Shown here piece by piece: positions 34,701 to 47,642 of a stretch of 60,297 nucleotides of DNA (the first letter of the stretch is position 1; every line of letters starts with the position of its first letter). The notes under the pieces are model-generated. The model made no database searches and was not told the origin of the DNA. It saw only the letters and a list, made by a program, of their open reading frames with translations. This DNA comes from Nemertoderma westbladi (taxonomy: Eukaryota; Animalia; Xenacoelomorpha), in assembly GCA_032718475.1 (NCBI GenBank), contig JAUCBJ010008563.1, positions 1 to 60,297 of the forward strand. Reading direction: 5' to 3'. The translations under genes and the position numbers were made by a program.

Positions 34701-36377
34701 AGGTAGTTATGTACTGTAGGCCCTACTTACACTACACAGAAGCATGTAGTTATGTAGGCCCTTCTTACACTGCACATAAGCAGGTACTTATGTAGACCCT
34801 ACTTACACAGCACATAAGCAGGTAGTTATGTAGGCCCTACTTACACTGCACATAAGCAGGTAGTTATGTAGACCCTACTTACACTGCACATAAGCAGGTA
34901 GTTATGTAGACCCTACTTACACTGCACATAAGCAGGTAGTTATGTAGACCCTACTTACACTGCACATAAGCAAGCAGGTAGTTATGTAGGCCCTACTTAC
35001 ACTGCACATAAGCAGGTAGTTATGTAGACCCTACTTACACTACACAGACGCAGGTTGTTATGTAGACCCTACTTACACTGCACATAAGCAGGTAGTTATG
35101 TAGACCCTACTTACACTGCACATAAGCAGGTAGTTATGTAGACCCTACTTACACTGCACATAAGCAAGCAGGTAGTTATGTAGGCCCTACTTACACTGCA
35201 CATAAGCAGGTAGTTATGTAGACCCTACTTACACTGCACAGAAGCAGGTTGTTATGTAGACCCTACTTACACTACACAGAAGCAGGTTGTTATGTAGACC
35301 CTACTTACACTGCACAGAAGCAGGTTGTTATGTAGACCCTACTTACACTGCACAGAAGCAGGTTGTTATGTAGGCCCTACTTACACTGCACAGAAGCAAG
35401 TTGTTATGTAGGCCCTACTTACACTGCACATAAGCAGGTAGTTATGAAGGCCCTACTTACACTGCACATATGCAGGTAGTTATGTAGGCCCTACTTACAC
35501 TACACATAAGCAGGTAGTTATGTAGACCCTACTTACACTACACAGAAGAGCAAGTTGTTAATTAGGTCCTACTTACACTGCACATAAGCAGGTAGTTATG
35601 TAGGCCCTACTTACACTGCACATAAGCAGGTAGTTATGTAGCCCTACTTACACTGCACATAAGCAGGTTGTTATGTAGGCCCTACTTACACTGCACATAA
35701 GCAGGTAGTTATGTAGGCCCTACTTACACTGCACATAAGCAGGTAGTTATGTAGGCCCTACTTACACTGCACATAAGCAGGTAGTTATGTAGGCCCTACT
35801 TACACTACACAGAAGCAAGTTGTTATGTAGGCCCTACTTACACTGCACATAAGCAGGTAGTTATGTAGGCCCTACTTACACTGCACATAAGCAGGTAGTT
35901 ATGTAGAGCCCTACTTACACTGCACATAAGCAGGTAGTTATGTAGGCCCTACTTACACTACACAGAAGAGCAAGTTGTTAATTAAGTCCTACTTACACTG
36001 CACATAAGCAGGTAGTTATGTAGGCCCTACTTACACTGCACATAAGCAGGTAGTTATGTAAGCCCTACTTACACTGCACATAAGCAGGTAGTTATGTAGG
36101 CCCTACTTACACTGCACATAAGCAGGTAGTTATGTAAGCCCTACTTACACTGCACATAAGCAGGTAGTTATGTAGACCCTACTTACACTACACAGAAGAG
36201 CAAGTTGTTAATTAAGTCCTACTTACACTGCACATAAGCAGGTAGTTATGTAGGCCCTACTTACACTGCACATAAGCAGGTAGTTATGTAGGCCCTACTT
36301 ACACTGCACATAAGCAGGTAGTTATGTAGGCCCTACTTACACTGCACAGAAGAACGAGTTATGTAGTCCCTACTTAC
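31792..36377. repeat. 38-bp intronic minisatellite (CCCTACTTACACTGCACATAAGCAGGTAGTTATGTAGG), about 120 copies
   Basis: Tandem units read directly; unrelated in sequence to the 8.3-29.7 kb satellite. Confidence 0.97.
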
Positions 36378-36472
36378 TCTGCACCACCTGTTGGCTGAAA
36401 CCACATTGCGGAGAATCCGGACTCCCCTTCATGAACACCATGACAGAATTTTGGCCAATTATCTTTGTCAGG
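36378..36472 (-). CDS. GLRX3: GLRX3 exon (R)LTKIIGQNSVMVFMKGSPDSPQCGFSQQVVQ(I)
   Basis: Acceptor cttgcag, donor gtaagt; 95 bp with phases 2/1; monothiol CGFS active site and FMKG motif. Confidence 0.95.
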
Positions 36473-36636
36473 CTGCAAGAAAAATTATGTAGTAAATATA
36501 CTACCATGATTTGGTAAATTCTACTACTACTAAGTCGAGCAAACTTGGACAGTGGATCCTGTGGACAGTGGAAATGAGATCCTTCCAGGCTTCCCGATTC
36601 TCCCGATCTCCGATTTCTCGATTCCCCTTCACGCCT

Positions 36637-37250
36637 TCAATGTGTTGTTTGCCAGAAAAGTAAATCTGGTATGACCTCGTCTTTACATCTCCAGCAGTGC
36701 CCACTTAATCTTAATCTGCGTTCACGGAGAATCGTTGATAAGATGTGTTTTGTACCACAAACTTTGGCGTTTGTAATGTGTTGTCTCCAGCTGATGTTTA
36801 TGGCTGCCCTTAGTAGTCTTGTGTAGCAACCATCAGTTCGTTGTTCAAGTGATTTAGTCAGTGTCCAGGTCTCACCCCTGTATAAAAATACACTTTCCAC
36901 TGTGGCTCGAAAGAACTTAGTCTTCAGGTGCCTGGAGAGATCTGATTTCCAGATGGTATCCATTTTTGATAGAGCTACCCAAGCCTTTGCTTTCCTAACT
37001 TCTATGTCCTTTTTGCTACTCTCTATCCATGATCCAAGGTACTGGTAGTCGTCGACCTTCCTTAGTTGATTATTATCAATGGTTGTCAAGTTTCCATCAA
37101 CATTAAAAGTCATGAATTCGGTCTTGGTAGCATTTATATGCAATCCAACCTCCATAAGTCCCACAATCCTATCCAATTTATTCCGTAGAAGCTGTGCATC
37201 TGCTAGCGTATTAGAGAGCAGGCGATGCCATCCGCAAAGTCGTTGACTGT
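36637..37250 (-). mobile_element. Degraded non-LTR retrotransposon RT/thumb fragment (RTE-like)
   Basis: DFAD..., GLHINATKT, YLGSW, ETWTL, RRLRLSGH motifs; frameshifted and truncated. Confidence 0.8.
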
Positions 37251-37885
37251 GAGAAGTAGAAGGTTGGGGGGGGGGGGGGGGGGGGGGGTAGAAGGTTGGG
37301 GGGGGAACCTTCCCATCTTCTTTGATTTATTGACGATTTCTGAAATACCGATTTTGTGATAGAATTGTTCAATTTCAATTTGTGTATCTCATAACTGAGC
37401 CTCGTGCTGCGCGAAGGTCCCACGAACATAGTAATGGCGCCAATGTGTGAACCTTGCAGTACGCCATCCAGGATTGAGAAGTTTGGTAAAAAACCATACA
37501 ACAAAAACCATGTTCGATGGACTTTGACTTTGGTCGTTTACTGTTATGAATCAGCAAGTTATGTGCTTTAGACCCAAATGTTCGTGAAAAGGAAAGATGA
37601 GTAATTTGTTATACTAAATATTAATTGATGAGTTGCATCCGCGTGGCTGTCTGCGATTGGAATAGAAACACAAAACACGGTGTAACCGCGTCGATTGCAA
37701 AAAGCACCCAATTTAATTATAATAAATGATGATACTGTAGTGGTACATAAAAATTTGTTACGAGAAATAGCGACCATGATTTTGCCAAAATCTATCAAAA
37801 TCATCAAATTTAACATTTTGAGTTATTATACCTTTCTTAACCAGTTTTCTTAACCATATATATCTCGTGTCCAAAAAGGAGCACA

Positions 37886-39160
37886 ATGTTAGAATCCGTT
37901 ATTAGCGGTTTAAATATAACTCAAACTCAATGCGACTACATTTCCGGTTGGTGTTACAAATGGAGAATCAAAGTAAATGGCGACAAAACGGAAGTTGTTG
38001 TGTTTAATGCGCCAACTATAACTGATTATTCTGTGCTACCGAGGTTAAAACTGTGTGACAAAACCTGCAATTTCTCTGATAAATGCAAGATTCTGGGAGT
38101 CTATATAGACCGTAGTTTAACATTTTCATGTCACCTTAATTACATTTATAAAACGTTTTGGAGTATATGGAACCAGTTGAGACAATATGTGTCACCAACT
38201 TATGGTATAAGCTTACCCGCTATTGTAAAGATAATTAAAACTATTGTTCTACCCAGATGCTTATATGGTTGTGTTGTCTGGTACCCTTTCGTATCTGGTG
38301 AGGCATTAGATGTACTCTGGAACACTATGCTGAGATGCGCAATAGGATCTCATTTCAACGCTGCGATCGAAAAAGTACAACTAATATGTGGAATACCTAG
38401 TCATGATATTTTTATTGAGATAATAATAATTAAATACCTATTGAAACTGTGTTATAGAGATAACAGTCAAGTAAACGGTGTATGGTTGAATATGTTGCCG
38501 ATAGTCTCAAGGAAACATATCTTCTATAAACACTTTTGTATATTACGGCGGTTTTTAACAAATAAAATGGGCCTCCGATCAACTGTAACACTACCGGATA
38601 TACGTTTAATTGATAAAGAAATCTATAGGTACACACAGATAGAAATTAACAATTATACTTCTTCGATTTGGCTGCGACGACTAAAGATTGCTCTCAATGA
38701 CAATATAGACGTATCAATGATTTCACCTACGCTTTCCCCCATCAATCTGGATAGTCTCAGATCGAATGAAACTTTTATCCTGGGTTTGATTGTTGGACAG
38801 GGCAATTTAGGACATATGCGCCGTATTTATAATGATATTGACACTGAAAATTGTCTCTGTGGTCTTCCAGAAACTGAAACTCATTTCCTTTTTGAATGTC
38901 CCAATCGCTTCGAGCAGACCGTTATTCTCAAACAGGTTCTTCAAGATATGAACTTACCTATTAGCCTCATCAGTCTCCAGGCTACTCGATCAGTAGACCT
39001 GCTGAGATGCTTAGTTTCCGTTTGTTAAAAACATACCAAAACTCATAATTTTATGGATTAACATTTAATTTCAGTTCCAACCTTAATAATATTGGCTACT
39101 TCTATAATTTTGTGTTTCTATGATGCCTACAATTAGAGGCTTATTAAAGAATTATATATA
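37886..39160 (+). mobile_element. 5'-truncated non-LTR retrotransposon: RT thumb plus C-terminal CCHC region, 3' UTR and (TA)n tail
   Basis: ORF 37886-39028 with WC..W..KVN..KT, KILGVYID..LTF..H, LYGCVVW and CLCG..ET.THFLFECP; ATTAAA followed by TA repeats. Confidence 0.85.
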
Positions 39161-39161
39161 T

Positions 39162-40868
39162 ATACCTATTATTATATTTGAGTGTTATACCTATTATTAT
39201 TATATTTGAGTGATATACCTATTGTTATTATTATATTTGAGTGTTATACCTATTATTATTATATTTGAGTTATTATACCTATTATTATAATTATATGTGA
39301 GTATTATAACTATTATTATTATTATATTTGAGTGTTATAACTATTATTATTATTATATTTGAGTTATTATACCTATTATTATAATTATATGTGAGTATTA
39401 TACCTATTATTATTATATTTGAGTGTTATAACTATTATTATTATTATATTTGAGTGTTATAACTATTATTATTATTATATTTGAGTTATTATACCTATTA
39501 TTATTATTATATTTGAGTTATTATACCTATTATTATTATTATATTTGAGTGTTATAACTATTATTATTATTATATTTGAGTTATTATACCTATTATTATA
39601 ATTATATGTGAGTATTATACCTATTATTATTATTATATTTGAGTGTTATAACTATTATTATTATTATATTTGAGTGTTATAACTATTATTATTATTATAT
39701 TTGAGTTATTATACCTATTATTATTATTATTATTATTATATTTGAGTTATTATACCTATTATTATTATTATTATATTTGAGTTATTATACCTATTATTAT
39801 AATTATATGTGAGTATTATAACTATTATTATTATTATATTTGAGTGTTATAACTATTATTATTATTATATTTGAGTTATTATACCTATTATTATAATTAT
39901 ATGTGAGTATTATACCTATTATTATTATATTTGAGTGTTATAACTATTATTATTATTATATTTGAGTGTTATAACTATTATTATTATTATATTTGAGTTA
40001 TTATACCTATTATTATTATTATTATTATTATATTTGAGTTATTATACCTATTATTATTATTATTATTATTATATTTGAGTTATTATACCTATTATTATTA
40101 TTATATTTGAGTTATTATACCTATTATTATTATTATATTTGAGTGTTATAACTATTATTATTATTATATTTGAGTGTTATACCTATTATTATTATATTTG
40201 AGTGTTATAACTATTATTATTATTATATTTGAGTGTTATAACTATTATTATTATTATATTTGAGTTATTATACCTATTATTATTATTATTATTATTATAT
40301 TTGAGTTATTATACCTATTATTATTATTATTATATTTGAGTTATTATACCTATTATTATAATTATATGTGAGTATTATAACTATTATTATTATTATATTT
40401 GAGTGTTATAACTATTATTATTATTATATTTGAGTTATTATACCTATTATTATAATTATATGTGAGTATTATACCTATTATTATTATATTTGAGTGTTAT
40501 AACTATTATTATTATTATATTTGAGTGTTATAACTATTATTATTATTATATTTGAGTTATTATACCTATTATTATTATTATTATTATTATATTTGAGTTA
40601 TTATACCTATTATTATTATTATTATTATTATATTTGAGTTATTATACCTATTATTATTATTATATTTGAGTTATTATACCTATTATTATTATTATATTTG
40701 AGTGTTATAACTATTATTATTATTATATTTGAGTGTTATACCTATTATTATTATTATATTTGAGTTATTATACCTATTATTATAATTATATGTGAGTATT
40801 ATAACTATTATTATTATTATATTTGAGTGTTATAACTATTATTATTATTATATTTGAGTTATTATACC

Positions 40869-40912
<44 letters not shown>

Positions 40913-41128
40913 TTGAGTTATTATACCTATTATTATTATTATTATTATTATTATATTTGAGTTATTATACCTATTATTATTATTATATTTGAGTTATTAT
41001 ACCTATTATTATTATTATATTTGAGTGTTATAACTATTATTATTATTATATTTGAGTGTTATAACTATTATTATTATTATATTTGAGTGTTATAACTATT
41101 ATTATTATTATATTTGAGTTATTATACC

Positions 41129-41162
<34 letters not shown>

Positions 41163-41415
41163 GAGTTATTATACCTATTATTATTATTATTATTATATTT
41201 GAGTTATTATACCTATTATTATAATTATATGTGAGTGTTATACCTATTATTATTATTATATTTGAGTGTTATACCTATTATTATTATTATATTTGAGTTA
41301 TTATAACTATTATTATTATTATATTTGAGTTATTATTCCTATTATTATTATTATATTTGAGTGTTATACCTATTATTAATATTATATTTGAGTGTTATAC
41401 CTATTATTATTATTC
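39162..41415. repeat. AT-rich minisatellite with variable (ATT)n core (TATACCT(ATT)nATATTTGAGTGT)
   Basis: Tandem units of about 28-40 bp starting at the LINE tail. Confidence 0.95.
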
Positions 41416-41679
41416 GATTATTATTATTATTATTTTATTATTAGACTCTAATTTAGTCTGTTCATCATTTAATGAAGCCATGTTAGCGGAATTGGCGCGA
41501 AATATCGATATTTATAAATTTTTTATCGGTTGTGGGGCGTTCATGAACGCCCCCTAGTGGGATTTTGGGTGAATAAGTAGTTTCATATTTATTACAATTT
41601 GGATATTTGAATAATAAAATATTCGGACATGCCGCGATATTCCACGACCTGCCGCGATATTCCACGTCCTTATTAAATC

Positions 41680-41755
41680 TGGGGCGCTACTGGAATGGTT
41701 AAAGCGCCATAATTCGAACCTGAAGGCCCCAGTTCGACCCCACCTGGACGGCAAA
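41680..41755 (+). mobile_element. tRNA-derived SINE-like head; related fragment near 46030-46060
   Basis: A-box-like GGAATGGTTAAAGCG and B-box AGTTCGACCCC; ACCTGAAGG..CCAGTTCGA is shared with 46031-46051. Confidence 0.5.
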
Positions 41756-42661
41756 TCGTCTGCATCCGGGATACTGAAACAATCACGCAGGGTTTATCAG
41801 AATGCTGAATTCATTATTTCACCATAGAATACCGTTACTTGACTATCTCACGCCGGTAAAATAGTACGCCGCAGTTTACCACTCAATACGATTCAGTTCA
41901 CGACGTGTTTCGCATTTCCAAAATAAAGCACTTTTAATTAAATTAGAAACTACTTATAAATTTTATAATAATCTTATTTTTTAGTTACGCAACAAATAGT
42001 CGATCATTAACGTTAAATTAGCAATGAATTCTACTTTATTGTCAAAAAATTAAACTAATCAATCAAACTACAATATTCTAAATTGTGCTGCAGCGGAATG
42101 GTCACATCAGTCGTGGGCAATGGTGAAAGCGACGTGACAAATCGCAGCACATTAGAGAGACATTCTGTATAATAGGATTAAGATTTAATTTACGATAAAA
42201 ACCTGTCTGACGCACATGGGAGTCCTCGAACGACGATGGCTGTCAACCTAAGATTGACGGGATAGAGTGCAGTAGCTATGAAGTTATGGCAATCTGGATT
42301 TGATACGTTATCGCTGCAGGATCAACCACCATTCTATAACAATGACTAATAGGTCCCAAGGGGGATATACGGAAGTGCCAAATCGTAAACTACCGTGGTG
42401 TCAACCTACCAGCTGCACTAAAATAACAAAATCGCGATGGGAAAAACAACAACAACACATAAAAATGTACTTTAGAGGAGAATATAATTTACTATCTATA
42501 AATCTGTGTTATACACAGTAGGATGGCATCGCTGATTACCTAGCCGAGAAGAACTAATAATCTAATCGGACGTGATTGTAGCAAAGCAGCAGTAGTGGGT
42601 GGCGTAGGTAGGCAAGGTAGAACGGAAATTATGATTAAATCTACTTGTTAGCACTTCGTCT

Positions 42662-45396
42662 TACACCCACTCGAGAGCACTGCGTCCAGTATACACTTAC
42701 TCAAGAGCACTGCGTCCAGTATACACTTACTCAAGAGCACTGCGTCCGTGTACACTTACTCAAGAGCACTGCGTCCAGTATACACTTACTCAAGAGCACT
42801 GCGTCCAGTGTACACTTACTCAAGAACACTGCGTCCGTGTACACTTACTCAAGAACACTGCGTCCGTGTACACTTACTCAAGAGCACTGCGTCCAGTATA
42901 CACTTACTCAAGAGCACTGCGTCCAGTGTACACTTACTCAAGAACACTGCGTCCGTGTACACTTACTCAAGAACACTGCGTCCGTGTACACTTACTCAAG
43001 AACACTGCGTCCGTGTACACTTACTCAAGAACACTGCGTCCGTGTACACTTACTCAAGACCACTGCGTCCAGTATACACTTACTCAAGAGCACTGCGTCC
43101 AGTGTACACTTACTCAAGAACACTGCGTCCGTGTACACTTACTCAAGAACACTGCGTCCAGTATAATACACTTACTCAAGAACACTGCGTCCGTGTACAC
43201 TTACTCAAGAACACTGCATCCGTGTACACTTACTCAAGAGCACTGCGTCCAGTATAATACACTTACTCAAGAACACTGCGTCCGTGTACACTTACTCAAG
43301 AACACTGCGTCCAGTATACACTTACTCAAGAACACTGCGTCCGTGTACACTTACTCAAGAACACTGCGTCCGTGTACACTTACTCAAGAACACTGCGTCC
43401 GTGTACACTTACTCAAGAACACTGCGTCCAGTATAATACACTTACTCAAGAACACTGCGTCCGTGTACACTTACTAAAGAACACTGCGTCCGTGTACACT
43501 TACTCAAGAACACTGCGTCCAGTATAATACACTTACTCAAGAACACTGCGTCCGTGTACACTTACTAAAGAACACTGCGTCCGTGTACACTTACTAAAGA
43601 ACACTGCGTCCGTGTACACTTACTCAAGAACACTGCGTCCGTGTACACTTACTCAAGAACACTGCGTCCGTGTACACTTACTCAAGAACACTGCGTCCGT
43701 GTACACTTACTCAAGAACACTGCGTCCGTGTACACTTACTCAAGAGCACTGCGTCCAGTATAATACACTTACTCAAGAGCACTGCGTCCGTGTACACTTA
43801 CTAAAGAACACTGCATCCGTGTACACTTACTCAAGAACACTGCGTCCGTGTACACTTACTAAAGAACACTGCATCCGTGTACACTTACTAAAGAACACTG
43901 CGTCCGTGTACACTTACTCAAGAACACTGCGTCCAGTATACACTTACTCAAGAACACTGCGTCCGTGTACACTTACTCAAGAACACTGCGTCCAGTATAC
44001 ACTTACTCAAGAACACTGCGTCCGTGTACACTTACTCAAGAACACTGCGTCCGTGTACACTTACTCAAGAACACTGCGTCCGTGTACACTTACTCAAGAA
44101 CACTGCGTCCAGTATACACTTACTCAAGAACACTGCGTCCGTGTACACTTACTCAAGAACACTGCGTCCAGTATACACTTACTCAAGAACACTGCGTCCG
44201 TGTACACTTACTCAAGAACACTGCGTCCGTGTACACTTACTCAAGAACACTGCGTCCAGTATAATACACTTACTCAAGAACACTGCGTCCGTGTACACTT
44301 ACTAAAGAACACTGCGTCCGTGTACACTTACTCAAGAACACTGCGTCCAGTATAATACACTTACTCAAGAACACTGCGTCCGTGTACACTTACTAAAGAA
44401 CACTGCGTCCGTGTACACTTACTAAAGAACACTGCGTCCGTGTACACTTACTCAAGAACACTGCGTCCGTGTACACTTACTCAAGAACACTGCGTCCGTG
44501 TACACTTACTCAAGAACACTGCGTCCGTGTACACTTACTCAAGAACACTGCGTCCGTGTACACTTACTCAAGAGCACTGCGTCCAGTATAATACACTTAC
44601 TCAAGAGCACTGCGTCCGTGTACACTTACTAAAGTACACTGCATCCGTGTACACTTACTCAAGAACACTGCGTCCGTGTACACTTACTAAAGAACACTGC
44701 ATCCGTGTACACTTACTAAAGAACACTGCGTCCGTGTACACTTACTCAAGAACACTGCGTCCGTGTACACTTACTCAAGAACACTGCGTCCGTGTACACT
44801 TACTCAAGACCACTGCGTCCAGTATAATACACTTACTCAAGAGCACTGCGTCCGTGTACACTTACTAAAGAACACTGCATCCGTGTACACTTACTAAAGA
44901 ACACTGCGTCCGTGTACACTTACTCAAGAACACTGCGTCCGTGTACACTTACTCAAGAACACTGCATCCGTGTACACTTACTAAAGAACACTGCATCCGT
45001 GTACACTTACTAAAGAACACTGCGTCCGTGTACACTTACTCAAGAACACTGCGTCCGTGTACACTTACTCAAGAACACTGCGTCCGTGTACACTTACTCA
45101 AGACCACTGCGTCCAGTATAATACACTTACTCAAGAGCACTGCGTCCGTGTACACTTACTCGAGAGCACTGCATCCGTGTACACTTACTAAAGAACACTG
45201 CATCCGTGTACACTTACTAAAGAACACTGCGTCCGTGTACACTTACTCAAGAACACTGCGTCCGTGTACACTTACTCAAGAGCACTGCGTCCAGTATACA
45301 CTTACTCATGGGAACTTCGTCCAGAATATACTTACTCAAGGGCACTGCGTCCAGTGTACACTTACTCCAAAGCACTGCGTCCAGTGTACACCTACT
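42662..45396. repeat. 29/30/33-bp intronic minisatellite (TACACTTACTCAAGAACACTGCGTCCGTG)
   Basis: About 90 tandem units; explains the repetitive ORFs in the track. Confidence 0.97.
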
Positions 45397-45625
45397 ACTG
45401 GACTCATTTTATTTACAGATTTTTTTACGTTTCCCAGGCTTCCCGAATATCAATTATCACCAAATTTGAACGAGCGGTCACTCACTGAGATTTAGACTTG
45501 ACTGAGACACACGGACAATGTCAAATTTGGAACGTACGAAATTGTCTGCAAAACTTCAGACTTTATGAATAGACAACCATTACTTGTACTGAATGGCTGA
45601 GAAAACCAAAAGCAACACAACTTAC

Positions 45626-45732
45626 CGTTCATTGATGGGGAGCTTCTTTGGTAAAACCTCACCCAGTGTTCCACTGTCGTCCATTTCTTTAATTATATCT
45701 AAACCACCAATCAATTCGCCTTTAACATATAC
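45626..45732 (-). CDS. GLRX3: GLRX3 exon [35 protein letters not shown](R)
   Basis: Acceptor ttaacag, donor gtaagt; 107 bp with phases 0/2; end of one Grx domain plus linker. Confidence 0.95.
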
Positions 45733-46687
45733 CTGTTAACATAAATAATAATATTTGGGGTGAAGTGATTGTATATCAAAATATAGCGCTGCATGATATT
45801 TAATGTACGTTTCGTACAATACAATGTACACGTTAGCTTCCATTATTGTTGAATAGATAAGAAAGCCACGTAGAATTGAGTTTTGCGCTTAGTAGGAATG
45901 CTACAGATGATAGGTATTGAAAGTTCGAAGGCCATAAGGCATAGTGATAGCACATTACAGACATCGATTTCGATGCGAGCTGCTATCGGAATGACTAGAA
46001 ACCTCCCAACCTGAAGAAAGAAAACTTACAACCTGAAGGTCACCAGTTCGATCCGACCTGATTTATGACTCCAATTATGACAAAAGTGCCAAAAGAGTAA
46101 ATTTGGGTATAAAGATGACAACAATCCCAAACAAAGGGGAGAATAAGGATTGAAATAGTTCCAGAATAATTTAATAAATTTCACAACAAGCTGTGATTCA
46201 ATGGGAAAGAAATATAACTTCCACCGAACTGTCTCACCATTAATTGCTAATGTCGGTAACTAGGAGTAGCATACAATATTTAAATATTATACAGTATCAA
46301 AAATTGCCCCACATATAATAAGATAGGCCTAACAGATACAAAAAATACGCGAATAAATTTAATTAGCAAGTCGTTAGACTTGTTAGCTACTTGATTACTG
46401 TAAGAAAAAAAAGCTACTGGCTACTGACTACTGACCTAGAGCAAAAACGGCGCTAACGATTTTGATGAAATTTTGCATGAACAATGAAAATATATTTCTA
46501 TGGGTACTTGTGAAATCGCAACTCTACGACCCAGACAGTAAGCAAACATTAACTGGTTTAGCTGGCTATTACAGTCTCAGCTGAATAACTCTTCCCAATG
46601 CATCCTATGGGAAAATCGACAAGGTTATACTCACTCCGCTATGTTAATTAATTGGCGTGCAAGCTAAAATGACTGTTAGTTACACAG

Positions 46688-47642
46688 GTTACGTCGCGTT
46701 TCGGCAACTGTCACGTTTAGGCAACTCAAATTCGCGTTTCAGCAAATGGACAATTACGTTTCACCAACTGCTATAGTTGTGTTTCGGCAACTCGTAGTTG
46801 CATTTCGGCGAACTGAAGTCGCGTTTCGGCAACTAGATATCGTATCTGTATCTGTAATGTATCTGTGACTGCACTCATTATGTAAGTAAATTATAAATGA
46901 TGACATGTTTAAGTTAGTTATAGTTTTTGACGGCAGAGTTGTTAACTGTTTGAGTTAGTTAGTTAATTTTAAATATACCGCAGCTGAAGTTGTGGATGTA
47001 AACGTTTGGAACTGGAGTCTGTCTGTCTTAAACACAAATCCCGTTTACAGTTTCCAAGGGGAGTTTTTCTAATACAAAGCGAAGCGCACCTTGCTGGGCG
47101 GGGTTTACAGCTACAACTTCAGTAATAATTAATTTCAGTTACTAATTTATTGAATTGGTAATTTTTTTGAATATATTTTTCCAATATTTTGCTCACTCAG
47201 GCTTACCGACCGGTACAATATTACGCTTACAAGGGGATATAGACTTCCACGACATGTGTACAGTAGTAGCCCTAACTTTGATTTTATGGATCAAACATAA
47301 TAACAATAATAATAATTCATTTATTGTTGTCATTTATAGTAAGTAGTGTTGAAGTAGGCGTGGGTAAACCAAAGTAAAATGAAATTGAATAATGGGAAAC
47401 GTAATGAGGCAAGGGTAATAATATATACTCTAGGCTCATAAAGTATCCAGTTGGCCTTCGTTTACGAAATTGCCGAAACGCATCTATCCATCAGTTTGCC
47501 TAAGCGTTTCATGTTAACAGTTGCCGAAATGCAACTATGAGTTGCCGAAATGCAACCTTGTTACCATGTTGCCGAAACGCGACTATGACTTGCCGAAACG
47601 CGTCTCTAAAGCTACTATCAGTTGCCGAAACGCGACAACACG
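46688..47642. mobile_element. Non-autonomous TIR element with arrays of inverted subterminal motifs and a candidate 9-bp TSD (Mutator/foldback-like)
   Basis: GTCGCGTTTCGGCAACTG (46693-46710) is inverted at 47619-47636; repeated TTTCGGCAAC/GTTGCCGAAA motifs; GTTACACAG flanks both sides. Confidence 0.7.

Noticed and set aside
42645-45495. Repetitive ORFs (TLTQEHCV/YTYSR)
   Set aside because: Translations of the 29/30-bp minisatellite.
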